Positions 25,699-38,714 of a DNA stretch of 64,000 nucleotides are shown piece after piece (within the stretch, counting starts at the first letter, position 1; every line of letters starts with the position of its first letter). This DNA is from Schmidtea nova. Taxonomy: Eukaryota. The position numbers and the translations under genes were made by a program. The notes beneath the pieces are model-generated. The model searched no databases, was not told where the DNA came from, and saw nothing but the letters and a program-made list of their open reading frames with translations. The stretch lies in assembly GCA_044892505.1 (NCBI GenBank), contig CM097882.1, positions 60,574,001 to 60,638,000 on the forward strand, written 5' to 3'.

Positions 25699-26767
25699 CT
25701 AAACGAAAATTGAAATTAAAGAATCCGTGAAACACAAAATAATATATATTTAATAATGTCACACAGAAAGTGATTTCAGTTTGTTTAAATTTATGGACTT
25801 TTATCAAATCGAAATGTTCATCAAATGTTCAAAATCAGAAAAAATCTTTGTGCTATTTCTTCGGAATTTCAATACAAAAAATAAAACGCACAAATTTATT
25901 TTTAATTTTATGATCAAACTTTTAAAATACAAATCAATATATTTGTGATTGAATTTAGGCTGGTTAGAAATTTATATTTTATACTTATATTATTATACTT
26001 ATATTATATTTATATTATTGGTTAGAAATTTATATTTTATCTCTGACCATATAATAATTTTTATATTATACTTTGTGGTAAGTCCCCCAAAAATAATTTG
26101 CTGTTGAATAATTGACATTCCCGGTCGAATAATGACTAAATAGTTTTTTTAAAAATTTAATATCAACAATGTAAGTAATTTTAATATGCAGTAATTTTTA
26201 TCCCGGAAGATATCTATTGCTTTTTACAGACATTTGAATTTAAAAAAAATATTTTTTACTCTCTCTAATTTAACTTCGCGTTTGATTGATTGTACCAACA
26301 AATTTTGCGACCGCAAATTAACCCAATTCCTGTGATAGGATCGAGCTGAAGTTTGGCAAGTAGATTCGATGTCGAGAACACTGCGTGCTATCGAAATTTC
26401 AGATTGATCCGATCATGGAAAGTGGGTGAATTTAAAAAAGATTTGATATGTCAAATCTAGTGTTATTTCCTTATTTCAATATAAATTCTTATTTATTCAT
26501 TACCTTCGGGAATAAGAGATAACGTAATTATTTCCAAAATATGTTATATAAGTTTGAATAAATATTTCATATCATTGAGAACGCATATTGAAATTTCATT
26601 TTTGAACAAAATTAAGAGAGTGAAATAGAGATGGTTTTAAAAACTGTTTTTACGGTTAAATTATTTAAACTATTAAAAAAAATTGTAAAATTGTAAAATT
26701 GTTAATAAAAATTGTAAGTAATAAATTTGAATAAATAAAGAGGTTTTAAGTTTTAATATAATACAAA

Positions 26768-29700
26768 TGTTACGGACGTACGTACAACGGTAATTATATA
26801 TGTTGATTGTTAATTTTTTGTAATGCAGTAACAGAATTGTAAAAATAATTAAATAGAAATAGTATTTAATTTTCAATTTTAAATAGATTTAAATACTATA
26901 ATAAAATTATCAATTAGTATAATAAATTTGATATAAATAATAAAGTTATAAATTGGCTTGACTGTAAATTTTGTATTTTAAGAATGATAGGAAATTAAAA
27001 TATAAAATATTTATTGAATGCTTGTGTATGAATATTTCATATTAATTATTAAATCATGCTTGCAAAAATATCCTCAAGTATAAAAAAGAAATTGTTTGAA
27101 TAATATCAGAAATTTGTGCTGTGTTTAAAAATATAGTTATTTTTTGAAATTATGGGTGTTCTTAATTTAAGAAACCAAAGAAATAATATGCCGACCATAA
27201 TGGCCAATTTTATCAAGGCACCAGAAAATCTCGAGATGAGAACCGATATCGAAGAATTTATCAAAGAAACAGAAAGATTTTTCGAATTAATGTCGATAGC
27301 TGAGGACTTCAAAGGAAGATTTGTTAAAGCTGTTTTATCAACGAATGCAATTAAGAAATCTAACTGACGAGAAACAAAATTTTAAAGAAAGAATGAGAGG
27401 AACCTTCTTAAGTCCAATGAATCTGATGAAAGATCAAAGTCAAGCGCTAGAATATAAACAAGGATATAATTCCACGGTTGATTTATGCGAAAAAATTGAG
27501 AAATCATTAAAACGAATTCTGAAATACAAATTTAATGAAGAAGAGCTACAAAATTTTCTCATATTCAATGAACTGGGAAACCAAGATTTGAAAAAATATT
27601 AGAGACTAAATGATTAATAATCAGTGGACGAAATGAAAAAGAGAATTAAAAACACGAAAAGTTAATTAAATAATTAAATCAAAACAGTGACTCAATGGCA
27701 GTTATGAGAACTGAAACAAGATACACGGATATGGTGAAAAAAGCTGTAAATATCCCAGCAAGACCAATGTCACAAAGATGCAACGACTAGAAAAAATACA
27801 TTTAACGAGCCAAGACAGATTCGAGAATATCCGAACAAGCAATATAATTTTAAAAATCAAGCAATTCAGAGAAATGAGAGATCAAATTTAAAATGCTGCG
27901 CATGTCATGAAGAGGGTCATAGGAGAGTAGAACGCCCGAATGTGAAATGTTATCATTGTCTCAAGTCAGGAAATTTCAAGCACCAGTGATTTCAATTCAG
28001 AAATAATTTCAGAGATGTTAGAGAAAATGAACAAGAAAACATACAAGGTAAAAAATACGCAAATGGATATGTTCCATCTCGATAGCAGGTGATAGGAACA
28101 CTGCAATAAGGATGAGTATATTGAATGGGGAATTGTATGATTATTGTCTGGATGATGATTGTTTGCATGTATTAAATTATAAAAAATATGAATATGTAAT
28201 TAATAGTGATAATTGTAAATGCGTCTGTATAATAATTTAATTGGGATTAGATGATTTTGGAGATGTTGTATAGTATGTTTGTAATATTAATTATGTAAAT
28301 TTTAATATCAATAATTACCATTTTGGTAAGACTATAGATGGAAATTTCTTTAAACAAGTACACAATATTTCGGCACAGCCTTTATCAAGTGTGTATTGAG
28401 AAAATTTGAGTCCAATTATTTGAAGCACTAATGTTATGTGAGTAAAACAAATTTAATAACGCATGAAATTTTAACATCAGGAAGATCTATTGTGATAAAT
28501 CCAAGGCACCAACCAGCCCATTTAATAGGAAATATTGATGAACAAATAAAAAAGATGGAAAAATTCGGAATTATAAAATAATGTAAGTCGCCATGGAACA
28601 CACCTTTAGTGTGTATAAAGAAAAAAAATAGAAACGATATAAGAATTTGTCTAGATTTTAGAGAGCTAAACAATGTCACAGGACGACCAATATTTTCAAT
28701 TCCGAATACAAATAAATTATTAGATACATTGAAAGATGCAAAATATTTCAACACAATTAATTTAGGGAATGTATACTACCAAGTGGAGCTCGATGAATAA
28801 TCAAGACTGAAGACAGCATTTTTTTACTAAAAACAGACAATATTGCTTTAATCGGATGCTATTTGGGATAGCAGCAGCTCCACAACATTTCAAAAATTAT
28901 TGAACATGGTATTAAGTGAACTTAATTGGTAAATAGCAAAAGTGTATTTGGACGACATTCTTATATTTTCAAAAGAATTAAAAGAACACTACGAAAATAT
29001 CGAAAAGGTTTTCAAGACAAAAGAACAAGCGGGACTAAAAGTAAGTACGTCTAAATGTCAATTTTTGAAAGAGGAAGTGAAGATCTTGGGACATATAATC
29101 AGCAAAGATGGCGTAAAAACCGAGGAAGAAAGAATTAAAGCAGTAAAAGAATTCGAAGGACCCATGCGTGTTAAAAACTTGAGGAAATTTTAGTGTTAAT
29201 CAATTACTAGAAAATTTATAAAATATTATGCAGAAGATTCAAAACATCTAGAAAAGTGGTGTGGAAGCCAAATGAAAAGGTTGATTTGGACAACCGAATG
29301 TAAAAGTGCATTTTCGAAACTTAAAGATAAGCTGATTAATGCACCAATATTAAAATTTCCTGATTCTTCAAAAACTGTCATAATGGATAAGGAGGCTAGC
29401 TTCGATCGTATTGTCTCCCTTTTATCACGAACAGATAAATCTGGAAATGGAAATGTTATTACTTATGGATCACATTCCATGTCGAAACATGAGGTGGCCC
29501 ATTGCAAAACAAGAAAAGAACTTTTAGCAATCTATTATTTCCAAAACCATTTTAAACATTGTTTTTATAGGAAAAGATTTATATTACGCACGGACCGTAA
29601 AGCCATAACGTATTTGATGAAGACAAAGAAAGTTATCACTACTTACTTCCAGACATTAATCAATTATTTAAAAAGTTTGGAAATAGAATTTCAATTTAGG

Positions 29701-29897
29701 AAAGCAGAAGAACATTGCAATGCAGATGCATTGTCAAGAAGTAAATGTATGATGTGCGTTCAATGTCAAACCATCTATGTTAATCTAAAGACGAAGCTTT
29801 TGGCAATAATGACAGAAAACCCAGAACAAGAATGGCAAATGAATTCAAAAGAAAAAACTGAAATTTTAATTAAAAACCAATATGATAATGAATTCAG
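26768..29897 (+). mobile_element. Degenerate Ty3/gypsy retrotransposon: 5' LTR, gag, RT, RNase H; truncated before the integrase core, no 3' LTR
   Basis: Putative LTR from TGTTACGG (26768) to about 27188, then a decayed PBS tgccgacc. Gag FIKAPENLE...EEFIKETERFFEL with CCHC relics; RT SPWNTPLVCIKKK...IRICLDFRELN and YLDDILIFS; RNase H (D)ASFDRI...TRKELLAIYYF...RTDRKAI...NADALSR. Clearly related to the 48790-53501 element. Confidence 0.88.
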
Positions 29898-30533
29898 ATA
29901 AGGTGTGTTTGGTGGGGCATTATGGTTGTTGTACGTGTCTGGCTGTAAAGGATTGCCTGTATACCAAAACGCTAATCCATCTCCAAATAATTTGCTCCTG
30001 TCTCCGTGAACTTTGAAATTCAAATGAATTTCACAATCACGCATTACATTTGGATATTCATTGAATTTGTTATTTGGAAATGGTATATGAAACGATGAGA
30101 AATTGTAAATTTTCTGTTGTTCTTGATTCTTGACCCAAATGCCACCAGTTATGTCAAGTGTATAGCCGCCATAGTCCCAATATTGCCGAGCGAGATGAGT
30201 AACTGCTAAAGAGGACATAGCGAAAACCAGGACAATGTAACGAGAATGTTGATATCGCAAAAAGTACATGATGCAATAGCTAATGATTGGTGGAATAAAC
30301 AGATGCATTATTTGATGGTCAAAACAAAAGAATGCCAAAGTAAATCCTCCTAAAAATGCAAACCGATGCCTTTGTTCAGCACTGATATTTTTGATGCTGT
30401 ATTTCGTCTGGAACTGCCAACCCATCAATGAGGCAGCAAACATGCAGAGTACAAAATTAAATTGATCAACGTGTATTCTAAATTGTGATGATAGTGGCTC
30501 AAAAAATCTAACTCTGGCACAAAATTTCAACAT
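29775..30533 (-). CDS. Chimeric 252-aa ORF: MBOAT1/2-type lysophospholipid acyltransferase N-terminus fused to VIP36/LMAN2-type L-lectin fragments
   Basis: Codons 1-130 (30533-30144: FEPLS...VDQFNFVLC...RH...GFTLAFFCF...ISYCIM...YWDYGGYTLDITG) follow the MBOAT1/2 N-terminus. Then come GIW, a 24-codon insert, NEYPNVMRDCEIHLNFKVHGDRSKLFGDGLAFWYTGNPLQP and DTYNNHN..PY, which follow VIP36/LMAN2. The last about 40 codons are antisense gypsy pol. Coding status is unproven. Confidence 0.8.
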   Translation of the reverse strand: MLKFCARVRFFEPLSSQFRIHVDQFNFVLCMFAASLMGWQFQTKYSIKNISAEQRHRFAFLGGFTLAFFCFDHQIMHLFIPPIISYCIMYFLRYQHSRYIVLVFAMSSLAVTHLARQYWDYGGYTLDITGGIWVKNQEQQKIYNFSSFHIPFPNNKFNEYPNVMRDCEIHLNFKVHGDRSKLFGDGLAFWYTGNPLQPDTYNNHNAPPNTPYLNSLSYWFLIKISVFSFEFICHSCSGFSVIIAKSFVFRLT

Positions 30534-30803
30534 TTTAATAATATATATTTAAAAATTAAAATATTCAAAAGAATGTATTTAAACTCCAAAAAAAATAATA
30601 CAATTTTTAAATCTTCAAAAAAAATAATTATCCTGTAATATTAAAACACCAAGTACTTAACTTTTTTAAGGAATTTATAAAACAAAATTATATAATTCAA
30701 AAATGTTAAATCTCTAAATCATAAACAGAGAATTTAGTCCATAAGATATAGAAAATTTTTTTGAAAAGAATTTTCTGGTTAAATTACATCAATTTTTTTT
30801 AAC

Positions 30804-32610
30804 TTGAATTTTCTTAGATAATTGAGCAAATATATCATGATAAGTTCGATTTTCAATATACATGATTTCAAGACCAATCTGAAGCTTCAATTATTAGTGC
30901 TTTGATTGTTTTTGGAGTTAACTCGTCATTAAAATGAACTGTTGAAAATCTAACATCACTGAATAAAGTGAAAGTTTGAGGCCATGTTCCTTTAATATTT
31001 TGGGAAAAACTTCAATATCGACCTTTTAGACCACTACAGTGTGGTAATTATTTATTGCTCATTTAAACGTGTAAAGTAACAAAAGAACAATATTAACAGC
31101 TGAAAAAGTAGAGTATTAAAAATTCTATTGTCATAATCCGTCGTCCTTAATGTCTCTCTTTTGTTTATTTCGAATCATTTGGATATAGAATAATTTAGGC
31201 TTAATGTGTGATCCAAATAAAAACACAGCTGCAGAATAAAAATAATAATATCCCTCTTAATAGCAGTGATAGTTAATTAAAAATATTCCTACAATTTTGA
31301 GGCTAATCTTTATTATGTGATTATTGAAATTTTAAATTGAGAAAGATTAAAATTTTATTTATTTTCATTTCAGATCATACTATTTTTTCCAGTTTGACAT
31401 AAATTTTGGGAATAATACTTGAAAAGACAGTACCTAAAATTAGTGTAGAACTAGAGAAAAATTTATTCTATTGTCTGAAAAAATGAAAATAAATGAAATC
31501 GAACAAAGATCAAAGGTAAAGAAGATTACCGAATTTAAGAATTAAAATCTTTTCTCTTGTTCACGTGTAACTTGTTGTTTACGATTATATTTACTTTCAT
31601 TTTTTCAGATAATAAATCTGTATATTTGTATTGAATTGAAAAACATTAAAAATATAGTCTGAAATAATGAAAATAAACGAAATCATAAAACAAGAATCAA
31701 ATTTTTTATAAAAATATTTAAAAATTTTAAATATGATTGGAATTATTATCTGATTTAAAGCATAATTATACAGTAAAATATTTTAAAATTTTAGATTCAT
31801 ATCGTACTTATTTCATAATAAAAAAAAATTATATTTTCAATCATTTGTTAATTTTCTTTTCCTAAATATTATATCTTTCAATTAATTTAATTTTGTAAAT
31901 CAAAGTTTTTGGAACTGTTTTTTTCATGTTTTAAAAATCGAAATACCAAAAAGTATTATTAAGCTGAAAAACTTGGATCTATTGTCTAAAAGGACGAAAA
32001 TAAACAAAATTATAATAAAAGATGAAAAGTTATTTTTAATATTTATTACATTTTCATTATGTTTATCAAATTGCTGAAACTTAAGGCCATTGCACTTTCA
32101 TCTCACTTTTTACAAGATAAGAGACTGAATTTAAAAGAATAAAAAAGCCAGGATTTATTTATATTCTATCAAGTATTGCTGATAAAAGTTTTTAATGGTA
32201 AATACCTTTTTTACACTTTGTAGTATAAAAATATTTTGAAGGTAAATACTGTATAAAGTTTATAAATATTTATCTTCAAAAATTGTTATTAAAAATAAAT
32301 AATATTAAATCCAGTAAAATGTCTTCTTTTGTAAATTTTTAGTTTCGAAAGGGAAAAATTAAAAAAGAAATTTAAACATTTTAAAGAGAAAATGTGAAAA
32401 GAAAATTCTGTAAAACAATTTTCGAACATATGCCTTTAAAATAATTAAAAATAAAATATTCATCAAGTCTTACTGAAAATGAGGCAGTGAAGTTTTTAAT
32501 AATTGTAAAAACATCTAAAATAAAATCTCCTTGAAAGAAATATTTGGCTTCTCCTTCTGTCATTTGATATGGAGTCTCATTCATTGGATGCATATCTCGA
32601 AGATAGTTTC
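30804..32610 (-). CDS. Candidate exons of an unidentified minus-strand gene, possibly the ROCO N-terminus (32610-32474, 31022-30960, 30878-30804)
   Basis: AG/GT-bounded, phase-compatible open exons: NYLRDMHPMNETPYQMTEGEAKYFFQGDFILDVFTIIKNFTASFS | VDIEVFPKILKEHGLKLSLYS | IGLEIMYIENRTYHDIFAQLSKKIQ. The first has a GTAAGA donor; the other two are less certain. Confidence 0.45.
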
Positions 32611-32812
32611 CTATAAAACATTAATTTAATCTTTCTCGACATAATTTATTTTATAATAAACTCCAAAAATTGTAAAAAATTAAAATAAAATAATTTTATA
32701 ATTAATTTATTTGGTGTTAAGTTTTATTGGATTTGTATAAGTAATAAATAGGCTTAATAAATAAATGAAGAAGAAAAATTGAAACAAAAGACACAATATT
32801 TCTATTTTTTAA

Positions 32813-33044
32813 CCCTTTCCTATCCTGTGTCTATAAAAATATGACAAAATAAATTAACCATTCTATCCTCTGTCTGTAAAAAAATGACATTACTTTTGAA
32901 TAGTTTATTTCCAATGCACTGTCGATTATATTATGACCAACTGTTTATAGAGCGATTATGACATTGCACTATACTTTCGTATCGTTGAAATTTTATTAGG
33001 ATTGGAACGGGCGGGACACATAAAATAAAGAAGAAAGAAAAGGG
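32813..33044. mobile_element. piggyBac-like MITE (232 bp)
   Basis: TTAA|CCCTTTCCT ... AGAAAAGGG|TTAA, with two internal copies of ctatcct(g/c)tgtct(a/g)taaaaa.atgaca. Confidence 0.6.
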
Positions 33045-33738
33045 TTAAAGACTAGTAAAATTTTAAAAATTTTTAATAAGACACGAATTTTCGATACAGT
33101 TTTTTTCAAGTGTATATAAAAAAATTCACACTTAAAAAAAGCTGTACTAAAAATTATATACATTTTAAAAACATTTGAACTATTCTTTAATAAAAATAAG
33201 AATGTCTGAAGTACAAAAAAAAGATCAAACGTGTAAATAAAAGATAATAATAAATACTCAATAAATTAATTTATTATGATTTTTTAACATGATAATTAAG
33301 ACAGTGTCGAAAGTTTGTGCTAAAACGGGAGAAAAAATAAAAAAATAAAAATATTAAATTAAAAAAAGGTGAAGAAAAAATATGCTACGAAGAAGAACAA
33401 CGGCGGAAAAATGCTAAATAAACTTCCTGTTTAATAAATTTCTCTAATGCTTACCATAAACCTAACCATATTTAGAGTTTGGTAACTTATCATTGCTTTT
33501 CAATATCCAGCCTAAATAACTGCAAATCGGGTCATCCCATGAATATTATTTGTTTATGTGTGTAAAACATTCCGATTATAGTCCTCTTTATTTTTTGTTG
33601 CGGCTCAATAACACCTTTTTAACAACAACTTTTTATATATTGTTGGTACCATTAGCAGAATCTAATTCTATGGTAACCAGATAATCATTTACAATACTTC
33701 AACTATCCGTTACTAAATAATTTATATTAATTTTGTAG

Positions 33739-34383
33739 ATTTTTATGATAACCATCGTGAAGCTCCTAACGATAAAATTCTTTTTTCTCCTTAAATTATT
33801 TGTGAACTTATGTCAGTGAAAATAAAGATGGGGTGAAGCATGAATTTGTTATATACAATTCTGATTTCGAATTTTACTGTTTCTATTCCAGATGTATTCA
33901 ATGTCTATCTTAATTTGATCTTGATGGGAAAAGGATATTTATGTTGTACGCACTATCCAAAGTGAGCTCATGGCGTCAATGCCGCCGATCGTATTATACA
34001 GCAGTCTACCAGAAACTTTCCACTGATCGTGGCCCACTTCCCAAACATTCAAATCACAGTTTAGATTCAGTCATCTATGATTGAAATTGTAAGTCTATAA
34101 AGAAATTTTTGTTAAATTACTGATTCGTATATTTTTCAGATTATCGAATTTACACCGTCGGATGGATGATACCTTGAATAGTTGGTGAGTTTAATAGTAT
34201 TATCATCATATATTGTTGTTTTTGCTACTTGCTAAATTTAGAGTTTCTTTTCGAGCGCGACATTGCCCCATCATGTGATCATCTTCTCTCATGTTACTCA
34301 ATTTCTCGTGGCTTTTACGGTCAAACCATCAGTCAGATAGATTTTATTTGCAATTTTATTTGTTTATTATGTTTTGAATATAT
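33739..34383 (+). pseudogene. Spliced plus-strand segment with three small introns and four in-frame stops (pseudogene or lncRNA)
   Basis: Introns 33833-33891, 34089-34139 (gtaagt...ttttcag) and 34185-34241 (gtgagt...tttag). One frame is phase-consistent across all three but contains TAA, TAA, TGA and TGA. Confidence 0.45.
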
Positions 34384-34697
34384 GTAAGTTGTTGCTCTAA
34401 TCTTATTTATTCTGATGTATAAATTTAAATTCGTCATTTATTTAACATTGAATTTTCAACTAATTAATAAAACCGAAAATATTTCAATTAAAATTCTTAA
34501 TTCTTAGTTAAGCAGACCATTTTGATATAACAACTCACCACAAGTCTAATCGTTCATTCTCTCATTTGATCACAATCCCCACAACCAATTCTTTATCAAT
34601 TCAAACTTTATTGTTATTAAATCTCTAATTTGTTTCGTTTTCTTGGTTCGATCACTCTTACAATTGTTTGATTTACTAACAATTTTACTTTTTACTG

Positions 34698-34699
34698 CA

Positions 34700-34739
<40 letters not shown>

Positions 34740-34750
34740 TTGTGTGTGTT
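34698..34750. repeat. (TA)n(TG)n compound microsatellite
   Basis: Direct observation. Confidence 0.9.
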
Positions 34751-37700
34751 AACTAATATCTTTTATGATAAAAAGATATCAGATTTCTACTACAACCTTA
34801 ATATAATTTCTTGTACTTTTTCTCATGATTCTGACAATCCTTTGATTCGCTGTAACTGTGAAATGTATATGTCAGACTGTTTCTGATATTTAAAGAAAAC
34901 TTTATTTTGAAAAAAAAAAATTTAATTCATTTAGAAGAACAAATTTTAAGATAAAAACCATTGCGGGTGATCCTCTGGCCATTCTCTCACGTATACGTGA
35001 GTATGGTGCTAGGTTTGCATATTGCGACGATAACATTGGCTTTGACAGTTCAGGAGACACCTCTCCAAACTCATGAACCCGCTACATCGCAATAAGCTGG
35101 GAAACCACAGCAAGTTAGGGACTCGGAAAGTCAAGAACATAAACACAAAAAAGATAAAATTTCATTTTAGTGCCTGTAATCATTTTAGTTACCAATCAAA
35201 AATACATTGATTTCTCGTTACAAAATCTTTTTTTTCATGAAAAAATATAATAGACGTGTTGTTTTCTGGTGTTGTTGGTGAAATGGTAAAAGTTACCAAT
35301 CAAATATCTGACTCCAAAGCGTGCCTTTAATTGACCCCAATAACAATTAGCACTGGAAACCTTTATTGAATATCACAAATATTTTCTTTAACACGGAATC
35401 GACTAAAATCAACAGACCAACAATTGATTATACGGTGCTTATTACGATACGATGGTGAAGAATAGCACTTTGTATAATCTTGGCTCGAACGATCACTCAC
35501 CACTGAGGGGTATAACAATTGGTAATTTAGCTTGTTGTCTTCTGGGTTTGACTTGGGTTTACTGGTTGAGTTTTACTCTATAATTAATCGATGATAACGG
35601 GTTTCACTCAATTTTCTGTCACGCCCTTTATTTTCTTCTATTCCAGTTTCCTCTGGCTTCACACAGTCTTTCAATCTCTTTAATAATTTCCTCGGTATTT
35701 TCTTAAATCTTCTCCCAAACCTCTGATTATTATATTCTGCTCTCTAAACTTCTCTCTCTAATTCTGTCAAAACTTCTCTCAAAATTTCTCTGAAACTCCT
35801 GGCCAAACTTCTGTTTGCTTCTGCTGTGTTTGTCATTTTATATCTATTCACTTTATGGCACTTAATATTATCACTTGTTATTCCATTTTTTCCAACATAA
35901 TTTCCCATTCATTTTTTTCAGCAACGGAGTTATCTCTGACAACAGTCAAGATAATCTCTGTTTCATTTTTGCCGCTCCGGTTTGTTTGATTTTTTGCTCA
36001 CGTTATCTCTGACCGGTTGTCGAGATAAAATTCTTGTTGTTGTTTATTGTTTTTCCCAAATTTAGAATTTCTTCCTGTTTGCACTAATTAATTAGTGTTG
36101 ACCTCTATTTCATTTTCCTTGTCTGATTTCTTTTCTTTTGTTTCCCTTCCTTATTTTTCATTCCTTTTTATTCCCGTTTTCTTTCCCAAGCTCCTATCAA
36201 TCGTGTCATTCTCCATGACGATTTTCTCCCAAGTAATTTGTTTATTTATTATATTATTTCTAATTTAGGTATCCTCAACAGACACTAAAACATAGACAAC
36301 AGGGGCTTGGGCCTAATCTGGATAAAAATCATCAAGATGTGCAAAGAATCAAATTAACATTCCTTGTATGCAAAGAATGATGCCGTCTCTCCAAAGATTT
36401 TGACAGCTATGTACCTCAAATGTTCTGTTCCCAAACTATAAATAGTTTTCTTCCTTTGAAGATAAGTATTTTCAAAGTTTCCAGAAGGAAACTTGATTCT
36501 TCGTGAAAATTTCTCAAATTCTCAAAATAATGTTATTTTTTATGAAAATGGAATCTCTATTTATACCATTTTCACAGAATTTAATTCAATTAAAAAAATG
36601 CTTTAAAATGTACTTTATATTTAATTTAATTTAATTTAAAAGTTAAATATTTTATTTTATAGAATGACAGCGGTGGATACCGTTGTAACAGCATCCAAAA
36701 CATACTTAAAAAGTTTCCAAACTTGAATAAAAGACACAACAAGTATAAAATGAAAAAATTCTACAAGGAAAAATTAGTATATGCTTTTCACATTTTGCGG
36801 GATTCATAAATGAACCGTTTATGGAAAATATTGTTATTGGAAATGTTGACAATAAACTAATTCCAGAAGATTTCCTCCTCGAAAAGATTTGTTAAAAGTC
36901 TAATGCAGTGGTTTCCAACACGGGAGGCGCGTCTCCCAGGGGAGGCGCGGCCTATGGCTAAGGGAGGCGCCAAAACTTTTAAGTAAAAAAATGATTTTCA
37001 TACTATATTATATATTTGATTGCATATGTTCGATATGTTGCGGAAAATGATATATTAGAAGATATATTATTTTGTAAACCCATTCCTGGAAGGACCACCT
37101 CCATTGAAATTTTTAATATAATAGACGGTTTATTTGAAGAAAACGACATATCGTGGAATAATTGCATTGAACTGTGTACTGACGGAGCTCACTCAATGTC
37201 CGGACACAAAGCAGGTCTTCAAGCATTGGTGAAAAAAAGCACCACATGTTATCTGGACGCACGGTATGCTTCACAGAGCAGCTCTAGTGTCAAAGAATAT
37301 GAGCGAGGAACTGAACAACATTTTCACAAAAGTTATAAAAATTATAAACTACATTAAGAACAGTCCCTTAAGAGCTAGGCTGTTTGAAAAACTGTGTGTT
37401 GATATGGAAGCTAATTATATTTCCCTTCTGTATTATTGTGAAGTTCGCTGGCTATCTCGTGCAAAAGTCATTCAAAGGGTGCTTGAACTCAAAGAAGAAA
37501 TATCAATCTTTCTCCAAGAAAACCATCATAAAGAGGCACATTTGTGGACGAACGATAACTTTATTGTGAAACTTGCCTATTTGGTTGAAATTTTTGGAAA
37601 ATTGAGCGGTTTGAATAAATCAATGCAGGGATCACAAATGCACCACTTGTTCAAAAAGACAAAGTTAAAGCTTTCATTAAAAAGCTGAAGTTATGGAAAT

Positions 37701-38714
37701 TAAATTTACAAAAGAATGAGTTAGATGTGTTTTCACTTTCAAAAGATTTCTGGACCACGGCCAACATAGAATCAAGCAAAAATCTTTTTATTGAACACTT
37801 GGATGGTTTGGTGCTGCATTTTACAAATTATTTCAAAGACCTTGATTTCGCAAAGTTTTTGTGGGTACAGAATCCATTTATCGACAATGAAGATGACGAA
37901 TTTGAGCTGTCAACAATCGAAAGAGAAAAATTGATAGAATTATCATGCGATAGTTTACTAAAACAAAAGTTTCAAAATGAAACGATAATTCAATTTTGAA
38001 TGAATCTTAGTGGAGAGTATGAATCTCTGTATTGCAAAGCAATGCAAGTGCTTCTACCATTTGTAACGTCTTATTTATACGAAACGGGCTTGTCGGCCCT
38101 GGCTGCAATGAAAACCAAATATCGAGCCAGGTTAATAGTCGAAAAAGAGTTATGAGCGGCAATCTCCACATTACCTCCAAGATTTGATAAACTTTGTGCC
38201 AATAGACAACAACAACCTTCGCATTAAATTTTGATGTGTTAGATGTAGTTTAACCCGGGGTCGATCGCGTGGGGTCTTTAAAGGCCCAATACATTATTTG
38301 GCGAAATTTTATATATTTATTATATATGTATATGGTTTTTTATGATTTTCTGTTATGTGGGTATATATTTAACGATTATAAAGCATATTTTGTATTTCGT
38401 TATTTATTTTGACATGGAAATTATAACTTATTAGAAAACAGACCATTTCATCATTTTTAGCAATTCGAGTTTAAAATTACCAAATAAAAAATAACAAAAT
38501 TTAAACTCTTTTACATATTAACAAGAAATGTCAAATTCCAGGCATTCTTTACATTTAAACATCAAGATACTTATAACTATACATCTAAAAATAGGCAGCT
38601 ACTGAAACACACAAACCTCTAACTTAAATAATTAAAAAGTTATGTCGGTTTTTCTAAGTTCCAGGCCTTTAAAGACCCCACGCGACCGACGATGTAAGGA
38701 AAATGGGCGCTACC

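Noticed and set aside
30534-30800. Search for a 3' LTR after the MBOAT-lectin chimera, which would prove capture inside an intact element
   Set aside because: No copy of the 26768-27188 LTR sequence is visible, so capture remains an inference.
30804-30960. Resemblance of GLEIMYIENRTYH to SAM-dependent methyltransferases
   Set aside because: It is too short, and no SAM-binding motif appears in the adjoining exons.
36660-36900. Coding-like fragments on either side of the Buster insertion (36660-36900 and 42706-42870)
   Set aside because: Stops occur in all frames after in-silico excision and no motif was recognised, so the region is left unannotated.
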